A stretch of DNA of 11,059 nt from Promethearchaeota archaeon (GCA_048939765.1 JBHLPF010000049.1:1-11059), one strand, 5' to 3'; counted from the first letter of the stretch, positions 1-6,741 are shown. Notes: a model not told the origin generated them from the sequence alone. Made by a program: numbers and translations.

Positions 1-1160
1 CCAGCCCAGCTGGACTCAGAAGAGGTGTTGTGTTTGTTCAAAATCTCCTCTAATCCCATCACCATAGCTTCCATGGTTTCATCAGTGTAGGAGAACTCAA
101 AGAACACTATTGCTTTTGTCTCATCGCCCATTGCTGGAACCGTGATTCCTGACGCGGCTGCCTTCTCCTTAATCATTTTCAGTGCATTGGGACCGAAGTA
201 CTCCAAGAAGTTCATAGGAACAGGGCTGTCTGGTGCACGAATATCGTATACGAAACCAACAGCATCCTCCTCGCTCTTGAAATACGCCATGACTGTCATG
301 ATTTCCTCAGGCAACTTGTTCAGTCCCAGCTCTACCTCAGTTATGACACCCAAGATGCCCTCTGATCCAATGAAGAGGTCAATGAGGTCCATGTCAGGCT
401 TGGCAAACAGACCGGCGGCATTCTTGGTCTTTGGCATCGTATATGAGGGAACCTGCACGTCGACTGCATTCCCGTCGCTGAGTACTATCTCGAACTTACC
501 ATCCTGAGCAAAGACCTTGCCACGTTCGATATCTAGGACATCTCCATTCATCAGGACCACCTGAATCCTGCACACCCAATCACGCACTGCGCCGAACTTG
601 AACGTCCTGGCACCAGAAGCGTTACAGGCAACTATTCCTCCCAACCAAGCACTCATCTCAGTGGGATCAACAGGGAAAGTGAATCTATCGGATTCACCAA
701 GGAACTGCTCAAGGGCTTTCTGTTGCTCAGGCGTTCCCTTTCCCTTTATTGAATCAAGACTTCTGGAGTTCACTGCTGCAACTAGGTCTTCCAGAAGAAC
801 GCCAGCTTGGCCAGCGATTGAATAGAGCCCTTCTTCAGCTGAATAGTCCATGTAGAGTAGATCGCTCATTTTCTCAAGATTCAGAACTATCCCGCCTAGT
901 GGGACTGCTCCACCTGTGAGACCTGTACGACCTCCTTGAATGGTGACGGGAGTACCAGTTTCAAAAGCCTCATTCATGATTGCAGCAATCTGATTCGTAG
1001 ATGTAGGAAAGCAGATTTTCTCTGCGACTCCATCAAAGGAGTGACTCTCATCGTCTAGGTATAGAGCGTAAGTATCAGTTATCTCCGCCTGGTCTGTGAC
1101 AACCTTCATCTCGGAAAGGTCTGCACTGCCAGGTGCCTGTGCTTCAAGCCGATTGGTCAT
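1..1160 (-). CDS. FAD-binding oxidoreductase, GlcD / D-lactate dehydrogenase (FAD_binding_4, VAO/PCMH) family; 3' end runs off the left window edge
   Basis: Manual translation from ATG at 1160 is open to the edge: MTNRLEAQAPGS...YLDDESHSFDGVAEKICFPTSTNQIAAIM...VTIQGGRTGLTGGAVPLGGIVLNLEKM...FPVDPTEMSAWLGGIVACNASGARTFKFGAVRDWV...KNAAGLFAKPDMDLIDLFIGSEGILGVITE. GGxTGLxGG, DP..GG.VA.NASG and GSEGxLG.ITE are family hallmarks. GAGGAG SD at 1168-1173 (minus). Absent from the ORF track because there is no stop in the window. Confidence 0.92.
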   Translation of the reverse strand, partial: MTNRLEAQAPGSADLSEMKVVTDQAEITDTYALYLDDESHSFDGVAEKICFPTSTNQIAAIMNEAFETGTPVTIQGGRTGLTGGAVPLGGIVLNLEKMSDLLYMDYSAEEGLYSIAGQAGVLLEDLVAAVNSRSLDSIKGKGTPEQQKALEQFLGESDRFTFPVDPTEMSAWLGGIVACNASGARTFKFGAVRDWVCRIQVVLMNGDVLDIERGKVFAQDGKFEIVLSDGNAVDVQVPSYTMPKTKNAAGLFAKPDMDLIDLFIGSEGILGVITEVELGLNKLPEEIMTVMAYFKSEEDAVGFVYDIRAPDSPVPMNFLEYFGPNALKMIKEKAAASGITVPAMGDETKAIVFFEFSYTDETMEAMVMGLEEILNKHNTSSESSWA

Positions 1161-1327
1161 GTTGGGACTCCTCTAGCAGCTGATTGGGTGGGCCATCCAA
1201 GTAGTCAATATCAAGCATTTGGTATGAAACCGATTGAATCTCTGGGGAACATTAATGAGTGGGACAAGAGTCCTGTCCTCAATAATATAATGGTTTCAGT
1301 GATATGATAATCTGGTGAAAGGAAATA
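1161..1327. promoter_or_regulatory. Divergent promoter region between the oxidoreductase and permease 1
   Basis: Non-coding gap between divergent starts. AT-rich boxes GAACATTAAT (1247-1256) and AATAATATAA (1281-1290). SD-like GGTGA/AAGGA just before ATG 1328. Confidence 0.5.
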
Positions 1328-2824
1328 ATGGTGAGAATTGGGTTCGAGATAGTCGCAGCAATGATAGTCGCAGCAATGAGTATACTCGCATTCGTCTTGG
1401 CCATTGTGTTCAATCAACTAGGCATTGCAGTTGTTGTGGTATTTGTCGGCACATATGCGCTCATCAGCTCAGAGAAGCTAAACCGAACAGGAATGTCCCT
1501 ATTGGGCATGGCAATAATTGGGGCGGTGTTCTGGGCATCACATCTGATTCTTGGAAACGAACAACCCTTGGTCTTCCTTGATCTTGTGCATAACATAGAA
1601 TGGGACACGGTACTCTTTGTCACATCAATGATGATCATCGTTGCAGTGGCAGGTGGGTCTGGAATGTTTCAGTATCTTGCGCTGACACTAGCTAGACCAA
1701 GTGGAGGAATTCATAAGAGTCTCTACACCATCTTTCTCCTCTTCGTATTCTTTATCTCTCTCTTTTTGGATAATGTATCTACTACATTGGTAATGGCACC
1801 TCTCACGATACAGGTGTGTAGGGCACTGGAAATCGACTTCAAGCCGTTCCTAGTCAGCGAAGCAATTGTCTGCAATATTGGGTCTATCCCCTCTATCGTG
1901 GGTGCAGTCCCAAACATTGTAATTGCTGAGGCAACAGAATTAGATGCCGGTCTACTTTTCATTACCTTCATGCCCTTGTCCTTCTTACTCCTGTTGGTCA
2001 CATGGTTCCTATTGGGTCGTTATTACAGCTCGTCTTTTGGAGAAACCGATTTTGATAGAGTGGATTTCCTGTTTGATATAGACCCATCGATGATGATTAA
2101 ATCCAGAACTGATTTCTGGGCATCTGCGATAGCTTTTGGTTTCCTCGTCACGGGATTTGCACTTGGTCCATCGCTATCAATAAAGCCAGTCATGGTAGCG
2201 CTCCTTGTCGCAGCAGCACTATTGATATTGGCTCATGACAGGGCAGTTGAGTTCCTTGCCGAAGTGGGCTGGGATACCGTATTCTTCTTGGTTGGCCTCT
2301 TTGGCTTGGTAGGAGCATTGTCCTTGACAGGTCTCATCGATGCACTTGGTGACGCATTAGGAAGCATCATAGGGGACAACTCACTACTAGCCATTGTATT
2401 CATGATTTGGGTGCCAGCCACTCTTTCAGCATTTCTAGACAATCTACCGGTTTCTGCAGTACTTGCCCCGATTGCATTACAGCTAGCGCCAGTCAGCTCA
2501 ATACTTCCTCTGACGCTTGTCTTCGCAGTAGGTGTTGGAGGCAATGTGTTCACTCCTCTTGGTTCACCATCTAATATGGTAGCAATTGGATTCTCAGAGA
2601 GAGAACACGATCCAATTTCATACAGGGATTTTGCAATTGCTGGAACAATTGCAGGTATGGCTCATTTGATTATTGGCACCATTTACCTTCTGCTGGTCGA
2701 ATTCATCGAACTGGCGATCATAACAATTGGAGGAATAGCCCTATCAATCGTTGGTTTCGTGTTTATTCTCCTTCCTTATATTCGGGTCAATCAATACATG
2801 CCAGATGGAAGTAGGGGAAACTAA
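1328..2824 (+). CDS. ArsB/NhaD-type (IT superfamily, P-protein/SLC13-like) ion or anion permease, paralog 1
   Basis: 498 aa, highly hydrophobic. Motifs YALISSEKLNRT, IEWDTVLFVTSMMII, SGMFQYLA, SLFLDNVSTTL, VGWDTVFFLVGLF, SAFLDNLP and GGN..TPLGSPSN are typical of ArsB_P/CitMHS permeases. Confidence 0.9.
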   Translation: MVRIGFEIVAAMIVAAMSILAFVLAIVFNQLGIAVVVVFVGTYALISSEKLNRTGMSLLGMAIIGAVFWASHLILGNEQPLVFLDLVHNIEWDTVLFVTSMMIIVAVAGGSGMFQYLALTLARPSGGIHKSLYTIFLLFVFFISLFLDNVSTTLVMAPLTIQVCRALEIDFKPFLVSEAIVCNIGSIPSIVGAVPNIVIAEATELDAGLLFITFMPLSFLLLLVTWFLLGRYYSSSFGETDFDRVDFLFDIDPSMMIKSRTDFWASAIAFGFLVTGFALGPSLSIKPVMVALLVAAALLILAHDRAVEFLAEVGWDTVFFLVGLFGLVGALSLTGLIDALGDALGSIIGDNSLLAIVFMIWVPATLSAFLDNLPVSAVLAPIALQLAPVSSILPLTLVFAVGVGGNVFTPLGSPSNMVAIGFSEREHDPISYRDFAIAGTIAGMAHLIIGTIYLLLVEFIELAIITIGGIALSIVGFVFILLPYIRVNQYMPDGSRGN

Positions 2825-2950
2825 ATAGTGTATCAGCCCCCAAATTCACGCGGTGACATGCCGGAAGTGTCGTCAAAGCTGCCTCCATAATAGATAGGGT
2901 TATTTGGCAGCTGTGATGGCGCCTGTGCTAAAGACGAGAGGTGAGATTGT

Positions 2951-4225
2951 TTGGTTGCAGAGATTATAGTCACAGTGTTTGTAATCACATACCTCGCCAT
3001 TTCGTCTGAGAAAGTGAATAGAACTGCTACTGCACTGCTGGGCATGGGTGTTGTAGGAATCGTCCTCTGGGCTACTGGCACAGCAGGGTTCGACGAAGTA
3101 TCAGATCGTATCGAATGGACAACCATCCTATTTGTGACCTCTATGTTCATCATAGTCACAATAGCAGCATCTTCAGGAATGTTTCAGTACCTAGCGTTGG
3201 AACTCACGAGGCGTACAGAAGGCGCAACGAAACGCCTTTTCGTATCACTGCTTGCCTTTGTGTTTGTCATTTCCCTTTTCTTTGATACCACATCCACGAT
3301 GCTCATAATGGGACCTCTTACAATAGAGATATGCAAAGCTCTTGAGATCGATTTCAGACCATTTCTGATATCAGAGGCGGTCACATGCAATTTCGCATCA
3401 ATTCCCTCAATTGTAGGAGCAGTACCGAATTTGCTCGTGGCTGAAGAAGCAGAAGTTGACCCAGGTCTCTTGTTTGAGCTTCTGATGCCCCTCTCGGTGA
3501 TTCTATTCGTGGTTTCTGTACCATTGCTCCTACGATTCTTTGATGAACAACTCAAGCCCTCTGAGGAGTATCTTGTTTCTCAAATGATGCTCATCAATCC
3601 CCAATACATGATACGATCGAGATCGGATTTCTACCTCTCGATAGTCGCAATGATCATCCTTGTACTCGGATTCACTCTGGGCCCTGCCACAGGACTACAG
3701 CCCGCAGTAGTTGCGATAGCAGTGGCTGCTGGGCTTCTTATACTCGCACGTGAATGGGTCGATGAGATTTTGAAACGTGTCAACTGGGGTACTATTTTCT
3801 TCCTAATAGGACTGTTCGGGCTCATTGCTGCACTGCAATTGGTTGGCATAATAGTAGCCATAGGAGAGGCAATTGATGGTCTAATTCAGGGAAATGTGCT
3901 GCTTGGCATAGTCTTCATGGTTTGGGTACCAGCACTTCTATCTGCAGTCATTGACAACATTCCAGTTTCAGCTGTTCTAGCACCTATTGCCGCACAGTTT
4001 ACAGTAGTCAGTCCTCTTCTCGCCATCGCGCTCATATTTGCAGTCAATGTCGGTGGATTTCTTCTTCCAATCGGCGCACCGGCTAACATCTTGGCATTGG
4101 CGCTCTCTGAGAAAGAACACAAACCAATCAAGATGGTTGAGTTCGCCAAGATTGCCACTCCTCTCGGATTTCTGATGCTGGCGATTGGAACCGGATGGTT
4201 ATTGCTGCTAGGGCTAGCAGTATAA
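2951..4225 (+). CDS. ArsB/NhaD-type (IT superfamily, P-protein/SLC13-like) permease, paralog 2
   Basis: 424 aa. TTG start preceded by a strong GAGGTGA SD (2938-2944). Same motif set as paralog 1 (ISSEKVNRT, IEWTTILF, SGMFQYLA, SAVIDNIP, PIGAPAN). Confidence 0.9.
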   Translation: MVAEIIVTVFVITYLAISSEKVNRTATALLGMGVVGIVLWATGTAGFDEVSDRIEWTTILFVTSMFIIVTIAASSGMFQYLALELTRRTEGATKRLFVSLLAFVFVISLFFDTTSTMLIMGPLTIEICKALEIDFRPFLISEAVTCNFASIPSIVGAVPNLLVAEEAEVDPGLLFELLMPLSVILFVVSVPLLLRFFDEQLKPSEEYLVSQMMLINPQYMIRSRSDFYLSIVAMIILVLGFTLGPATGLQPAVVAIAVAAGLLILAREWVDEILKRVNWGTIFFLIGLFGLIAALQLVGIIVAIGEAIDGLIQGNVLLGIVFMVWVPALLSAVIDNIPVSAVLAPIAAQFTVVSPLLAIALIFAVNVGGFLLPIGAPANILALALSEKEHKPIKMVEFAKIATPLGFLMLAIGTGWLLLLGLAV

Positions 4226-4298
4226 GAAGAAGGCGGCGCCCCGCCCCCGTCGTGTGCCGCCGGGAGGACAGAACTCAACGGAGACTGGACACCGGGTT
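4226..4298 (-). ncRNA. Candidate small structured RNA (long G.U-rich hairpin), family unknown
   Basis: Minus-strand 5' arm CGGUGUCC-A-GUCUCCGUUG-A-GU-U-CUGUC, loop CUCCC, 3' arm GGCGG-C-AC-A-CGACGGGGGC-G-GGGCGCCG. This gives 18 Watson-Crick pairs, 7 U.G pairs, 3 mismatches and no bulges. It is followed by UUCUUCUU and preceded by a TATA-like box about 25 nt upstream. Transcription is inferred, not shown. Confidence 0.5.
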
Positions 4299-4310
4299 GT
4301 CAGTATGTGC

Positions 4311-4323
4311 AAAGGCTATTAGC
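4311..4323. promoter_or_regulatory. BRE/TATA-like element AAAGGCTATTAGC, possibly bidirectional
   Basis: Purine-rich AAAGG followed by CTATTAG about 45 nt upstream of ATG 4364. The core GCTA-T-TAGC is dyad-symmetric and lies about 25 nt from the 5' end of the minus-strand hairpin. Confidence 0.45.
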
Positions 4324-4363
4324 AATATGGGTTGTGACATGCGCAGCGGAGAAAGAGAAGTCA

Positions 4364-4858
4364 ATGCCAAAGCGAGCTCGATGCCCCCATTGTGACCGAC
4401 TGTTCAATCGGGATGTGCTTGACGCTCACATCCAAAAATGTAGAACTCGGAACAGGAAGAGCATCGAAGAAGCAAGAACTAGAAAGAAGAATCTGGTACT
4501 TGACGGGAACAACATCGCATATCATCTCGCACCAGCTGGCAAGCCAAGAGTTGCTAATCTTGTCCTAGCAAGACAGAGTCTTGTCACCTCTGGCTACAGA
4601 CCAGTTACTATCGTGTCAGCGGCGCTAATCCACAAGATTGACAAGCCAGACAGACTCCGGGAGATGATTGACTTTGGATATATTATTGAGGCACCAAGAG
4701 GGAAGAATGACGACCTCATCATCATTCAGACTGCACAGCAATCAAATGCAGATATTGTGAGCAACGACAGATTCCTTGACTGGCAGGAGAGATTTCCTTG
4801 GATCTCCAATCGTCTGAGAAGATATCGGATGACTCCTTCAGGCCTGATTCTGACTTGA
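4364..4858 (+). CDS. Zc3h12a/Regnase-1-like NYN (PIN-like) ribonuclease with N-terminal C2HC zinc finger
   Basis: LVLDGNNIA, PRGKNDDLIII and IVSNDRFLD...FPWI match the RNase_Zc3h12a acidic catalytic motifs. N-terminal CPHC-x11-H-x3-C. ATG 4364 (MPKRARC, 164 aa) is preferred over GTG 4307 because the upstream extension overlaps the TATA-like box. Confidence 0.85.
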   Translation: MPKRARCPHCDRLFNRDVLDAHIQKCRTRNRKSIEEARTRKKNLVLDGNNIAYHLAPAGKPRVANLVLARQSLVTSGYRPVTIVSAALIHKIDKPDRLREMIDFGYIIEAPRGKNDDLIIIQTAQQSNADIVSNDRFLDWQERFPWISNRLRRYRMTPSGLILT

Positions 4859-4874
4859 GCGGATGACCTCCAGC

Positions 4875-4888
4875 AAAACCGTTAAAAT
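4875..4888 (+). promoter_or_regulatory. BRE/TATA-like promoter of alaS
   Basis: AAAACC-GTTAAAAT about 50 nt upstream of ATG 4939, with a GGTGA SD at 4927-4931. Confidence 0.5.
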
Positions 4889-4938
4889 CATTCAGAGAAT
4901 GCCACACTGAAACACACCTGCGGACTGGTGAACATATT

Positions 4939-6726
4939 ATGCTTGCCCACGAATTGAGAGCGCTTTACTTGAAGTTCTTCAAAGGGAAGAAACATGCAAT
5001 AATAGGCTCTGCGTCGCTGATGCCAGAGAATGATCCAACTGCGCTCTATGTCATGGCAGGCATGCATCCACTCATGCCCTTCCTGCTAGGCCAGCCTCAT
5101 CCTGAGGGGAAACGCCTGGCTAACGTCCAGAAGTGTATTCGAACCATAGACATTGACGAGGTTGGCGACACAACACATCTCACATTTTTCGAGATGCTGG
5201 GAAACTGGAGCCTCAATGACTACTGGAAGAAAGAGGCGATAACATGGAGTTACGAGTTCCTCACATCCAAGAAATGGCTGGGATTTGCCCCGGAGAAACT
5301 TTCAGTCACTGTGTTTGAGGGTGATGATGATGCACCGAGGGATGATGAAGCAGTTGGGGTATGGCGGTCTGTGGGGATTCCGGATGAACGCATCTATTAC
5401 CTTCCGAAGGAGGACAATTGGTGGGGTCCCCCTGGCAAAGTAGGGCCGTGTGGACCATGCACGGAGATGTTCATTGAGGTGGATGAGATTCCGAGGTGTG
5501 GCTCTGATTGTAAGCCTGGATGCAACTGCGGACACTTTGTAGAGGTCTGGAATGATGTATTCATGGAATACAACTTGAAAGAGGATGGCAGCTTCGAGAG
5601 ATTGGAGCAGAGGAATATTGACACTGGCATGGGAGTAGAGAGGACTGTAGCCATGCTTCAGGGAGTTCCATCTGTCTTCGAAATTGAGCTTTTCACTCCA
5701 CTTATTGAGAAGATCAAGATGCTCTCAGGAAAAGATGTGATGTCTGAAGAGGAAGACCGGCTTACAAAGATAATATCCGACCATGTCAAGTCAGCTGTTA
5801 TGATCATGGCGGATGATGCTCATATTGCCCCCTCAAATGTAGAACATGGATATATCGTGCGGAGGCTATTGAGAAAGGCGATTCTCAGCGCAGACAAGCT
5901 TGGCATCGGCAAGGGATTCATGGATGCACTCGCCGACATAACAATCGAGATGTACAAAGACGTCTACGAAGAAGTTGAAAGGAATCGCGACTTCATAAAG
6001 AAAAACTTGGAGAGTGAAGAGGCTAAATTCCGTAAAACATTACGGAAGGCACTTGGAAAGTTTGAGCGCATGTTCCAAGAAAATGGGGCAATCACAGGGA
6101 AGGATGCGTTTCTTCTATTCACTAGCTTCGGACTCCCTCTTGAGATGACAAGGGACTTGGCTCAAGAGAAGGGCATAGAGATTGACGTCGATGTGTTTCG
6201 GAAGGAGTTTGAACATCACAGAGATATATCTAGGACGGCGACTGAGGGAAAGTTCAAGGGCGGCCTTGCGGACCATGGCGAAGAACACACAAAGCTCCAT
6301 ACAGCAACTCATCTGCTGCAAGCAGCACTGAGAAAGGTACTTGGCGACAAGGTACAGCAGAGTGGTAGCAACATCACAAAGGAGCGGCTTCGATTTGATT
6401 TCACATTCGATCGCAAGCTTACACCAGAAGAAGTGCAGCAAGTAGAGGACCTGGTCAATGGTATTATCAGAGACGACCTAGAAGTCACAAGGCAGTTCAT
6501 GCCTTATGATGAGGCCATAGCTCAAGGTGCGATGGCATTCTTCAAGGAGAAATATGGAGACACAGTTTCTGTGTATTCTGTGGGCGATTTTAGCATGGAA
6601 CTCTGTGGTGGACCCCATGTCGAACGAACTGGTATACTCGGCAATTTCAAAATTACCAAACAAAAGAAGATTGGTGCTGGAATCATACGAATTCGTGCGA
6701 TTCTTGAGCCTCTTGACGCATCCTAA
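4939..6726 (+). CDS. alaS: Alanine--tRNA ligase, short form (aminoacylation + editing domains, no C-Ala domain)
   Basis: 595 aa. Motifs DPT....AGM, QKCIRT.DIDEVG...HLTFFEMLGNWS, DNWW..GPCGPC.E, EVWNDVFM, IDTGMGVER, PSN...GY.VRRLLR, editing HTATH and ELCGGPHV, and GIIRIRA just before the stop. Confidence 0.98.
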   Translation: MLAHELRALYLKFFKGKKHAIIGSASLMPENDPTALYVMAGMHPLMPFLLGQPHPEGKRLANVQKCIRTIDIDEVGDTTHLTFFEMLGNWSLNDYWKKEAITWSYEFLTSKKWLGFAPEKLSVTVFEGDDDAPRDDEAVGVWRSVGIPDERIYYLPKEDNWWGPPGKVGPCGPCTEMFIEVDEIPRCGSDCKPGCNCGHFVEVWNDVFMEYNLKEDGSFERLEQRNIDTGMGVERTVAMLQGVPSVFEIELFTPLIEKIKMLSGKDVMSEEEDRLTKIISDHVKSAVMIMADDAHIAPSNVEHGYIVRRLLRKAILSADKLGIGKGFMDALADITIEMYKDVYEEVERNRDFIKKNLESEEAKFRKTLRKALGKFERMFQENGAITGKDAFLLFTSFGLPLEMTRDLAQEKGIEIDVDVFRKEFEHHRDISRTATEGKFKGGLADHGEEHTKLHTATHLLQAALRKVLGDKVQQSGSNITKERLRFDFTFDRKLTPEEVQQVEDLVNGIIRDDLEVTRQFMPYDEAIAQGAMAFFKEKYGDTVSVYSVGDFSMELCGGPHVERTGILGNFKITKQKKIGAGIIRIRAILEPLDAS

Positions 6727-6741
6727 GCCCCGAAAGACTGT

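Noticed and set aside
142-825. Plus-strand ORFs 142..507 and 598..825
   Set aside because: Antisense shadows of the minus-strand oxidoreductase.
1262-1278. GGACA-N7-TGTCC inverted repeat in the divergent promoter
   Set aside because: Only 5-bp arms and a single copy, indistinguishable from chance without comparative data.
1352-1379. Tandem repeat ATAGTCGCAGCAATG x2 near the start of permease 1
   Set aside because: An in-frame 15-nt duplication encoding IVAAM-IVAAM within a TM helix, with only two copies. Not a CRISPR array or contingency locus.
2850-2935. Fluoride (crcB) riboswitch, suggested by TGATGGCGCCTG at about 2915-2926 upstream of an ion transporter
   Set aside because: No upstream GGnGAUGGnGU-type 5' segment or P1/pseudoknot partner.
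4234-4294. DGR-like template/variable repeat (8 of 10 differences between the arms fall at adenines of one copy)
   Set aside because: The arms are only 28 nt, inverted, adjacent and non-coding. Two differences are at T and there is no reverse transcriptase in the window. G.U pairing explains the A/G bias more simply.
4226-4300. tRNA, 5S rRNA, SECIS, C/D or H/ACA identity for the GC-rich island
   Set aside because: No GTTCRA T-loop or cloverleaf, too short for 5S, no AUGA/GA core, and no properly placed C/D boxes or ACA tail.
4859-4912. C/D box sRNA between the nuclease and alaS (GGATGA ... CTGA)
   Set aside because: The C box is non-canonical, there is no clear C'/D' pair, and the region is better explained as the alaS promoter.
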